A stretch of 42,780 bases of DNA from Enterobacteria phage mEp043 c-1. The stretch is from the sequence record NC_019706.1, one strand, 5' to 3'. A model generated the notes under the pieces. It was given only the letters and a program-made list of their open reading frames with translations, was not told the origin of the DNA and searched no databases. Shown one piece after another: positions 36,487 through 42,780 of the stretch. The position numbers and the translations under genes are program-made. The first letter of the stretch is position 1; each line of letters begins with the position of its first letter.

Positions 36487-36515
36487 ATGACCATCTACAT
36501 CACTGAGCTTGTAAC

Positions 36516-36545
36516 AGGCCTGCTGGTAATCGCAGGCCTTTTTAT
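36516..36545 (+). terminator. Rho-independent terminator tR2
   Basis: AGGCCTGC-loop-GCAGGCCT hairpin followed by a T-run; matches recalled lambda sequence upstream of ninB. Confidence 0.75.
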
Positions 36546-36563
36546 TTGGGGGAGAGGGAAGTC

Positions 36564-37004
36564 ATGAAAAAACTAACCTTTGAAATTCGATCTCCAGCAC
36601 ATCAGCAAAACGCTATTCACGCAGTACAGCAAATCCTTCCAGACCCAACCAAACCAATCGTAGTAACCATTCAGGAACGCAACCGCAGCTTAGACCAGAA
36701 TCGAAAGCTTTGGGCTTGCCTTGGTGACGTCTCTCGTCAGGTTGAATGGCATGGTCGCTGGCTGGATGCAGAAAGCTGGAAGTGTGTGTTTACCGCAGCA
36801 TTAAAGCAGCAGGATGTTGTTCCTAACCTTGCCGGGAATGGCTTTGTGGTAATAGGCCAGTCAACCAGCAGGATGCGTGTAAGCGAATTTGCGGATCTAT
36901 TAGAGCTTATACAGGCATTCGGTACAGAGCGTGGCGTTAAGTGGTCAGACGAAGCGAGACTGGCTCTGGAGTGGAAAGCGAGATGGGGAGATCGGGCTGC
37001 ATGA
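36564..37004 (+). CDS. ninB: NinB recombination protein
   Basis: 146 aa from ATG 36564; near-identical to recalled lambda NinB (MKKLTFEIRSPAHQQNAIHAVQQILPDPTKPIVVTIQERNRSLDQNRKLWACLGDVSRQVEWHGRWLDAESWK). Confidence 0.95.
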   Translation: MKKLTFEIRSPAHQQNAIHAVQQILPDPTKPIVVTIQERNRSLDQNRKLWACLGDVSRQVEWHGRWLDAESWKCVFTAALKQQDVVPNLAGNGFVVIGQSTSRMRVSEFADLLELIQAFGTERGVKWSDEARLALEWKARWGDRAA

Positions 37005-37528
37005 CTATCAAATCAAATACGCCAGCACACGACAAGGACTGCTGGCAAACGCCGCTTTGGCTTTTTGATGCACTGGATATTGAGTTTGGATTCTGGCTGG
37101 ATTCGGCAGCGAGCGACAAAAATGCTCTGTGCGCTCACTGGCTAACTGAGGCTGACGACGCGCTAAATTCTGAGTGGATAAGCCACGGTGCAATCTGGAA
37201 TAACCCACCGTACAGCAATATCAGGCCGTGGGTGGAAAAAGCCGCTGAGCAGTGCATACAACAGCGACAGACGGTAGTGATGCTTGTGCCAGAGGATATG
37301 TCTGTCGGATGGTTCAGCAAGGCTCTGGAGAGTATTGACGAAGTTCGCATCATCACTGATGGACGGATTAATTTTATCGAACCATCGACAGGGCTGGAGA
37401 AGAAGGGAAACAGCAAAGGTTCCATGCTGCTGATTTGGCGACCGTTCATCAGTCCTCGACGGATGTTTACTACCGTATCCAAAGCGGCATTGATGGCGAT
37501 CGGGCAGGGCGTCAGGAGGGCAGCATGA
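37001..37528 (+). CDS. DNA N6-adenine methyltransferase (phage Dam-like)
   Basis: 175 aa from the ATG overlapping the ninB stop; catalytic NPPY motif (WNNPPYSN). Confidence 0.8.
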   Translation: MTIKSNTPAHDKDCWQTPLWLFDALDIEFGFWLDSAASDKNALCAHWLTEADDALNSEWISHGAIWNNPPYSNIRPWVEKAAEQCIQQRQTVVMLVPEDMSVGWFSKALESIDEVRIITDGRINFIEPSTGLEKKGNSKGSMLLIWRPFISPRRMFTTVSKAALMAIGQGVRRAA

Positions 37529-37707
37529 GACGACAGCGACGAAGTATCACCGACATCATCTGCGAAAACTGCAAATACCTTCCAACGAAACGCTCCAGAA
37601 ATAAACGCAAGCCAATCCCAAAAGAATCTGACGTAAAAACCTTCAATTACACGGCTCACCTGTGGGATATCCGGTGGCTTAGAGAACGTGCGAGGAAAAC
37701 AAGGTGA
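37525..37707 (+). CDS. ninE: NinE
   Basis: 60 aa; [23 protein letters not shown]...[14 protein letters not shown] matches recalled lambda NinE. Confidence 0.9.
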   Translation: MRRQRRSITDIICENCKYLPTKRSRNKRKPIPKESDVKTFNYTAHLWDIRWLRERARKTR

Positions 37708-37874
37708 TTGACCCAAATCGAAGTTACGAACAAGGAAGTGTCGAGCGGGCTTTAACGTGCGCTCACTGCGGTCAGAAGCTGCATGTGCTGGAAGTTCACG
37801 TGTGCTCCGATTGCTGCGCAGAACTGATGAGCGATCCGAATAGCTCAATGTACGAGGAAGAAGACGATGAGTGA
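37704..37874 (+). CDS. ninF: NinF
   Basis: 56 aa with GTG start overlapping the ninE stop; [40 protein letters not shown] matches recalled lambda NinF. Confidence 0.8.
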   Translation: MIDPNRSYEQGSVERALTCAHCGQKLHVLEVHVCSDCCAELMSDPNSSMYEEEDDE

Positions 37875-38079
37875 TTACCTGAAATGGTATCTCTGCCACC
37901 GCTGGTTAATTAAGTTTGCTGTAAAAGACTGGATGACAGCGGATGCCAACAAGCTTAAACAACGAAAGGACTATTACTACGCCAGAATGAAGGAAAACTA
38001 CTGCTCAATCCGCACTCGCATATTTATTAAAAAAGACCTTCAGTCAATTCTTCAATTGCGAGGGAAGGTAAATGGCTAA
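37867..38079 (+). CDS. Hypothetical protein (70 aa, AT-rich)
   Basis: ORF overlapping the ninF stop and the next gene's start; Trp/Tyr-rich. Confidence 0.45.
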   Translation: MSDYLKWYLCHRWLIKFAVKDWMTADANKLKQRKDYYYARMKENYCSIRTRIFIKKDLQSILQLRGKVNG

Positions 38080-38362
38080 TCTACGCAAAGAAGCGCGCGG
38101 CAGAGAATGCCAGGTACGTATTTACGGCGTATGCAATGGCAATCCTGAAACTACAGTTCTGGCACATTACCGGATGGCTGGAATTTGCGGAACGGGAATG
38201 AAGCCTGACGACCTGATCGGTGCATGGGCTTGTAGTGCGTGTCACGATGAAATCGACCGACGCACCCATAATCTCGACAACAAAGACGCCAGACTTTACC
38301 ACCTCGAAGGCGTGATCAGGACGCAGGCGATACTGCTGAAGGAGGGGAAGATTAAGCCATGA
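38072..38362 (+). CDS. Cys/His-rich zinc-binding protein (nin region, DUF1364-like)
   Basis: 96 aa; RBS GAGGGAAGG; multiple Cys/His residues (C.VR.YGVC, C.TG, CSACHDEID); upstream of rusA. Confidence 0.55.
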   Translation: MANLRKEARGRECQVRIYGVCNGNPETTVLAHYRMAGICGTGMKPDDLIGAWACSACHDEIDRRTHNLDNKDARLYHLEGVIRTQAILLKEGKIKP

Positions 38363-38721
38363 ACGAATATCAGTTTGTGCTTCCATACCCGCCGTCGGTG
38401 AACACCTACTGGCGAAGACGGGGAAGCCAATACTACATCAGCGCTAAAGGCCAGAAATACCGAAAAGATGTACAGCAAATAATCCGCCAACTCAAGTTAG
38501 ACATTTTCACCAAATCACGACTCCGCATCAAAGTCATCGCAGACGTTCCAGACTCCCGCCGCCGCGACCTCGACAACATCCTGAAAGGTTTACTCGACTC
38601 CCTTATCCACGCCGGATTTGCGGAAGACGACGAGCAATTCGATGACATTCGTGTAATTCGTGGTGTGAAAGTACCAGGCGGAAGGCTTGGAATAAAAATC
38701 ACCGAACTGGAGAACGCATGA
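38359..38721 (+). CDS. rusA: Holliday junction resolvase RusA
   Basis: 120 aa; LPYPPS.N.YWR, RRRDLDN, GGRL..KITE resemble recalled RusA. Confidence 0.9.
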   Translation: MNEYQFVLPYPPSVNTYWRRRGSQYYISAKGQKYRKDVQQIIRQLKLDIFTKSRLRIKVIADVPDSRRRDLDNILKGLLDSLIHAGFAEDDEQFDDIRVIRGVKVPGGRLGIKITELENA

Positions 38722-38906
38722 ACGCCACAATTCAAACGATACCAGAGCTTCTTATCCAGACACGAGGCAATCAGACCGAAGTGGCGAGGATGCTTTCCTG
38801 CGCAAGAGGAACAGTGCTCAAGTACAACCGAGACAGCAAAGGCGAGCGTCACGTAATAGTTAACGGCGTCCTGATGGTCAAACAGGGCAAGAGGGGAAGA
38901 CCATGA
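38718..38906 (+). CDS. ninH: NinH
   Basis: 62 aa; KTIPE.L....GNQTEVAR.L.C.RGTV.KY resembles recalled lambda NinH. Confidence 0.8.
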   Translation: MNATIQTIPELLIQTRGNQTEVARMLSCARGTVLKYNRDSKGERHVIVNGVLMVKQGKRGRP

Positions 38907-39526
38907 GACTCGAAAGCGTAGCTAAATTTCATTCGCCAAAAAGCCCGATGATGAGCGACTCACCACGGGCTACGGCTTCTGACTCTCTTTCCGGTACTGA
39001 TGTGATGGCTGCTATGGGGATGGCGCAATCACAAGCCGGATTCGGAATGGCTGCATTCTGTGGCAAGCACGAACTCAGCCAGAACGACAAACAAAAGGCT
39101 ATCAACTATCTGATGCAATTTGCACACAAGGTATCGGGGAAATACCGAGGTGTGGCAAAGCTCGAAGGAAATACTAAGGCAAAGGTACTGCAAGTGCTCG
39201 CAACATTCGCTTATGCGGATTATTGCCGTAGTGCCGCGACGCCGGGGGCAAGATGCAGAGATTGCCATGGTACAGGCCGTGCGGTTGATATTGCCAAAAC
39301 AGAGCTGTGGGGGAGAGTTGTCGAGAAAGAGTGCGGAAGATGCAAAGGCGTCGGCTATTCAAGGATGCCAGCAAGCGCAGCATATCGCGCTGTAACGATG
39401 CTAATCCCAAACCTTACTCAACCAACCTGGTCACGCACTGTTAAGCCGCTGTATGACGCTCTGGTGGTGCAATGCCACAAAGAAGAGTCAATCGCAGACA
39501 ACATTTTGAATGCGGTCACACGTTAG
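38903..39526 (+). CDS. Q: Late antiterminator Q
   Basis: 207 aa; appears identical or nearly so to recalled lambda Q (MRLESVAKFHSPKSPMMSDSPRATASDSLSGTDVMAAMGMAQSQAGFGMAAFCGKHELSQNDKQKAINYLMQFAHK...). Confidence 0.95.
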   Translation: MRLESVAKFHSPKSPMMSDSPRATASDSLSGTDVMAAMGMAQSQAGFGMAAFCGKHELSQNDKQKAINYLMQFAHKVSGKYRGVAKLEGNTKAKVLQVLATFAYADYCRSAATPGARCRDCHGTGRAVDIAKTELWGRVVEKECGRCKGVGYSRMPASAAYRAVTMLIPNLTQPTWSRTVKPLYDALVVQCHKEESIADNILNAVTR

Positions 39527-39568
39527 CAGCATGATTGCCACGGATGGCAACATATTAACGGCATGATA

Positions 39569-39597
39569 TTGACTTATTGAATAAAATTGGGTAAATT
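39569..39597 (+). promoter_or_regulatory. Late promoter pR-prime with qut region
   Basis: -35 TTGACT (39569-39574), 17-bp spacer, -10 TAAATT (39592-39597); TTGACTTATTGAATAAAATTGGGTAAATTTGACTCAACGATGG matches recalled lambda pR-prime/qut. Confidence 0.8.
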
Positions 39598-39632
39598 TGA
39601 CTCAACGATGGATAAATGCACTAGTTAAATAA

Positions 39633-39661
39633 AGCCCTGAGTTAATAGCTCGGGGCTTTTT
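39633..39661 (+). terminator. Terminator in the pR-prime leader (tR-prime candidate)
   Basis: AGCCCTGAG-TTAATAG-CTCGGGGCT hairpin followed by a T5 run, about 55 nt downstream of the predicted start. Confidence 0.5.
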
Positions 39662-39811
39662 GCGTTTTAAGCACGGCCTTTCTGAAAGCACATCAAACCA
39701 AATACCAGACAGACAAAAATAATCACCTTATCCGCTGTGGCTACGGTGCGGTGTGCTTTGCTTTGCATAAAAGAAAACTAGCTCAATGTCTGGCTTCGTG
39801 AAAGCTGGTGA

Positions 39812-39845
39812 CAGGAGGTTGCGCTAACAACCTCCTGCCGTTTTG
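39812..39845 (+). terminator. Second terminator-like hairpin upstream of S
   Basis: CAGGAGGTTG-CGCTAA-CAACCTCCTG 10-bp stem followed by CCGTTTTG; matches recalled lambda sequence upstream of S. Confidence 0.5.
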
Positions 39846-39964
39846 CCCGTGCATATCGGTCACGAACAAATCTGATTACTAAACACAGTAGCCTGGATTT
39901 GTTCTATCAGTAATCGACCTTATTCCTAATTAAATAGAGCAAATCCCCTTATTGGGGGTAAGAC

Positions 39965-40288
39965 ATGAAGATGCCAGAAAAACATGACCTGTTAGCCGCC
40001 ATTCTCGCGGCAAAGGAACAAGGCATCGGGGCAATCCTTGCGTTTGCAATGGCGTACCTTCGCGGCAGATATAATGGCGGTGCGTTTACAAAAACAGTAA
40101 TCGACGCAACGATGTGCGCCATTATCGCCTGGTTCATTCGTGACCTTCTCGACTTCGCCGGACTAAGTAGCAATCTCGCTTATATAACGAGCGTGTTCAT
40201 CGGCTACATCGGTACTGACTCGATTGGTTCGCTTATCAAACGCTTCGCTGCTAAAAAAGCCGGAGTAGAAGATGGTGGAAATCAATAA
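39965..40288 (+). CDS. S: Holin S (dual-start holin/antiholin)
   Basis: 107 aa; appears identical to recalled lambda S except the penultimate residue; starts ATG-AAG-ATG giving Met1 and Met3. Confidence 0.95.
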   Translation: MKMPEKHDLLAAILAAKEQGIGAILAFAMAYLRGRYNGGAFTKTVIDATMCAIIAWFIRDLLDFAGLSSNLAYITSVFIGYIGTDSIGSLIKRFAAKKAGVEDGGNQ

Positions 40289-40748
40289 TCAACGTAAGGC
40301 GTTCCTCGATATGCTGGCGTGGTCAGAGGGAACTGATAACGGACGTCAGAAAACCAGAAATCATGGTTATGACGTCATTGTAGGAGGAGAGCTATTCACT
40401 GATTACTCCGATCACCCTCGCAAACTTGTCACGCTAAACCCCAAACTCAAATCAACAGCCGCCGGACGTTACCAGCTTCTTTCCCGTTGGTGGGATGCCT
40501 ACCGTAAGCAGCTTGGCCTGAAAGACTTCTCTCCGAAAAGCCAGGACGCTGTGGCACTGCAACAGATTAAAGAGCGTGGCGCTTTACCGATGATTGATCG
40601 CGGTGATATCCGTCAGGCAATCGACCGTTGCAGCAATATCTGGGCTTCGTTGCCCGGGGCTGGTTATGGACAGTTCGAGCATAAGGCTGACAGCCTGATT
40701 GCAAAATTCAAAGAAGCAGGCGGAACGGTCAGAGAGATTGAGGTATGA
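40272..40748 (+). CDS. R: Endolysin R (lytic transglycosylase)
   Basis: 158 aa; near-identical to recalled lambda R. Confidence 0.95.
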   Translation: MVEINNQRKAFLDMLAWSEGTDNGRQKTRNHGYDVIVGGELFTDYSDHPRKLVTLNPKLKSTAAGRYQLLSRWWDAYRKQLGLKDFSPKSQDAVALQQIKERGALPMIDRGDIRQAIDRCSNIWASLPGAGYGQFEHKADSLIAKFKEAGGTVREIEV

Positions 40749-41182
40749 GCAGAGTAACCGCGATTATCTCCGCTCTGGTTATCTGCATCATCGTCAGCCT
40801 GTCATGGGCGGTTAATCATTACCGTGATAACGCCATTACCTATAAAGAACAGCGCGATAAGGCCGCATTCATTATCGCTGACATGCAGAAACGTCAACGC
40901 AATGTAGCAGAACTCGACGCCAGATATACAAAGGAGCTTGCTGATGCTAACGCGACTATCGAAAGTCTCCGTGCTGATGTTTCTGCTGGTCGTAAGCGCA
41001 TGCAAGTCGCCGCCACCTGTGCAAAGTCAACGACCGGAGCCAGCAGCATGGGCGATGGAGAAAGCCCAAGACTTACAGCAGATGCTGAACTCAATTATTA
41101 CCGTCTACGAAGTGGAATCGACAGGATAACCGCGCAGGTTAACTACCTGCAGGAGTACATCAGGACGCAATGCCTTCGATGA
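40745..41182 (+). CDS. Rz: Spanin inner-membrane subunit Rz
   Basis: 145 aa; N-terminal about 35 aa match recalled lambda Rz ([33 protein letters not shown]), rest divergent. Confidence 0.9.
   Translation: MSRVTAIISALVICIIVSLSWAVNHYRDNAITYKEQRDKAAFIIADMQKRQRNVAELDARYTKELADANATIESLRADVSAGRKRMQVAATCAKSTTGASSMGDGESPRLTADAELNYYRLRSGIDRITAQVNYLQEYIRTQCLR
40938..41129 (+). CDS. Rz1: Spanin outer-membrane lipoprotein Rz1 (embedded in Rz, +1 frame)
   Basis: 63-aa ORF inside Rz; hydrophobic N-terminus with lipobox VSAC followed by a Pro-rich segment; exact start uncertain. Confidence 0.7.
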   Translation: MLMLTRLSKVSVLMFLLVVSACKSPPPVQSQRPEPAAWAMEKAQDLQQMLNSIITVYEVESTG

Positions 41183-41475
41183 TAGCGATAATTCTACTCA
41201 TCATCCTTCACATCTGGCTCTGTAGACAGGGTGGTGATCACTTCTGGAGTGAATCCAGATTAAACATCTCATTGCTGATGCTTGAAGTTAAGCATATGGC
41301 GCGCGGCAAGGGGCTGCGTTGAGATAAGAGCCAGTTCATTACAAAGCCTATCTACGGGTGGGCTTGATAATGGATATCCCCGCAAGCGGATAATATGGTT
41401 TTTATCCCCTGCGGGGTATAAATAGGACTTGCAAATGCGTGGTTTATCATTTTGAAGCCAATGACAGGAGTGGGT

Positions 41476-41634
41476 ATGACACTTGAAGAACGAATTACAG
41501 CTTTAGAAAAGGCAGTCACATGCATTGTGAATGAAAAGCAAGAGGACACAACTGCCTTTGTTGATAAAATTATTCAGGAGATGCGTCAGTCCTCAGTATT
41601 TTCGCAGCTTCTAGAAAGGCCTCGTGAAGATTAG
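41476..41634 (+). CDS. Small hypothetical protein (52 aa)
   Basis: ATG with AGGAG RBS at 6-nt spacing; 3' end overlaps the convergent minus-strand ORF by 65 nt. Confidence 0.4.
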   Translation: MTLEERITALEKAVTCIVNEKQEDTTAFVDKIIQEMRQSSVFSQLLERPRED

Positions 41635-41830
41635 GGATGTTTTTAACACGTTCAGGATCAAGTTTTTCCTGGACAAATTTTGTCAACCCATCATATAAAT
41701 CTTTGTTCGGGTACAGCTCATTAACTGCTTTAATTAGTGCTCCAAAAGCAAGCTGATTTGCTATTTTTTGTACGGCTAATTCTTTTTCTAACTGCTCAAC
41801 CTTTTCTTTTAAACCAAAACCTTCTGACAT
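41570..41830 (-). CDS. Hypothetical protein (86 aa)
   Basis: ATG with AAGGAA RBS at 6-nt spacing; convergent with and overlapping 41476-41634. Confidence 0.5.
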   Translation of the reverse strand: MSEGFGLKEKVEQLEKELAVQKIANQLAFGALIKAVNELYPNKDLYDGLTKFVQEKLDPERVKNIPNLHEAFLEAAKILRTDASPE

Positions 41831-41959
41831 TTTTGATTCCTTATTCTGAGGTAATCAGCCATTACTCTTTATTAAGTGCGCCAGTGTCCCACCACCGACG
41901 GGCTGAATGCCTACATTAACCAGGGTTAAGACGAAACAACACCCTGATATTCAAACAGT

Positions 41960-41982
41960 AGCCGCCATCACGCGGCTTTTTT
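41960..41982 (+). terminator. Rho-independent terminator
   Basis: GCCGC-CATCAC-GCGGC hairpin followed by T6. Confidence 0.55.
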
Positions 41983-42022
41983 ATGCGCATCGCACGCGCA
42001 CATCGTAGAAAGTCTTTCAGCT

Positions 42023-42076
42023 GTGAGCCTGGGCAAACCGTTAACTTTCGGCGGCTTTGCCGTGCGACAGGCTCAC
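42023..42076 (+). promoter_or_regulatory. Long imperfect hairpin in the leader of the cos-proximal gene
   Basis: GTGAGCCTG-GGCAAA-CCG...CGG-C-TTTGCC-GTGCGA-CAGGCTCAC; about 18 paired bases with a 6-nt bulge; ends 20 nt before the ATG at 42096. Confidence 0.3.
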
Positions 42077-42095
42077 GCCTAAAAGGAAATAAATC

Positions 42096-42563
42096 ATGGG
42101 TCATAAAATTATCACGTTGTCCGGCGCGGCGACGGATGTTCTGTATGCGCTGTTTTTCCGTGGCGCGCTTCAGTCTGGTGATCTGCCAGCCAAATCTGGT
42201 GCTGCTGAGCTTCTAGAGCTGGGATTCGCTGAAACACGCCATACCGCGACGGAGTATCAAAAGGAAAATTATTACACCTTCCTGACCGCTGAAGGGCAGG
42301 AGTTCGCCATTAAGCACCTGGTGAATACGCGCTTTGGTGTTCCTGCTGGTGGTTATATTGGTGGCTCTGTAAATATTCAGTTTGGCCGGATAGAGAACGA
42401 CCCACGAAAAGGCTATGCCATCAATGTTGGCATCTGTCCCGAAATTAAGACCGGCGTGAAGCTATCCCCTGAAATGGTAAAAGCGATCTCAGATGTTGTG
42501 TCCGAGGAACTGAAGAAGAGTCTTCGGCCAGGTGGCACGATATGGTCAGCGCTGTCGCGATGA
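42096..42563 (+). CDS. Hypothetical protein (155 aa), cos-proximal
   Basis: ATG with AAGGAA RBS; last gene before the cos site; no motif recognised. Confidence 0.6.
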   Translation: MGHKIITLSGAATDVLYALFFRGALQSGDLPAKSGAAELLELGFAETRHTATEYQKENYYTFLTAEGQEFAIKHLVNTRFGVPAGGYIGGSVNIQFGRIENDPRKGYAINVGICPEIKTGVKLSPEMVKAISDVVSEELKKSLRPGGTIWSALSR

Positions 42564-42663
42564 ATGGACGTTTAGACGTCCAAATTGGTGCGAATCAAGT
42601 CGCATTCACGCAAATGATAATCATTATCATTTGCGGGTCCTCCCGGCAGGGTGGCCTGCCACG

Positions 42664-42675
42664 GGGCGGCGCGCT
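42664..42675 (+). other. cosN-like cohesive-end site
   Basis: GGGCGGCGCGCT flanked by ACG and CGCGGG, differing at 2 positions from recalled lambda cosN (GGGCGGCGACCT); upstream ATGATAATCATTATCA matches recalled lambda cosQ region. Confidence 0.7.
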
Positions 42676-42780
42676 CGCGGGAAACGGCTAGTTTTTCGGA
42701 TCCAGGGTCATCATCATCAAGTGCGCAGGTCTTTGATTTAATTAGAGGCCATTTTCGCAAGATGTCGAATCGTTCAAAAA

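Larger units (their letters stand above)
1..42780. mobile_element. Complete lambdoid temperate phage genome in virion gene order, rotated to begin at the small terminase gene
   Basis: Uninterrupted lambda-type order: terminase, portal, head, Z-U-V-G/T-H-M-L-K-I-J, tail fibre, attP plus int/xis, early-left genes, N, cI/cro/cII, O plus helicase, nin region, Q, S-R-Rz, cosN-like site at 42664-42675. Confidence 0.85.

Noticed and set aside
1-42780. CRISPR arrays, rRNA genes, IS elements or transposase genes
   Set aside because: No spaced direct-repeat array, no rRNA-like sequence and no transposase-like ORF was seen; the only mobile-element signature is the phage itself.

Overview
The window reads as one complete, mosaic lambdoid temperate phage genome of about 42.8 kb, in virion gene order and rotated to start at the small terminase gene. 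A cosN-like site (GGGCGGCGCGCT, 42664-42675) lies just before the window end. Left arm (1-21.8 kb, + strand): terminase small and large subunits, portal, a ClpP-like protease / major capsid fusion, head completion genes, the lambda-type tail cassette Z-U-V-G/GT-H-M-L-K-I-J, two unknown post-J genes, a small lipoprotein moron, and side tail fibre plus its assembly chaperone. At about 22.0 kb is an attP-like site carrying the 3' 46 nt of a tRNA-Thr gene, followed by a P22-like integrase and excisionase on the minus strand. The early-left arm (23.5-31.3 kb, minus strand) is a chain of translationally coupled unknown genes followed by Ea22-like paralogs, SSB, Erf, Kil-like, CIII, an ER/K-rich protein, AT-rich morons and lambda-like N with nutL. 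The immunity region (31.5-33.5 kb) has a CI-type repressor with a small membrane protein in the rex position, cro, nutR and cII, with TTACCnnnnGGTAA operators. Replication and late control follow: O with internal iterons, a primase-helicase where lambda has P, tR2, a nin region (NinB, Dam-like methyltransferase, NinE, NinF, RusA, NinH), Q, pR-prime, and S-R-Rz/Rz1 lysis genes, then a cos-proximal accessory region. Protein identifications rest on recall of lambda and P22 sequences and on gene order; no database search was run. No CRISPR array, rRNA or complete tRNA gene was seen. The best candidates for undescribed biology are the accessory (moron) loci: the rex-position membrane protein, the early-left unknown operon, the ER/K-rich protein, a frameshift-interrupted gene below N, a GATC-dense lipoprotein moron, a perfect 96-bp tandem duplication inside J, and the cos-proximal genes.
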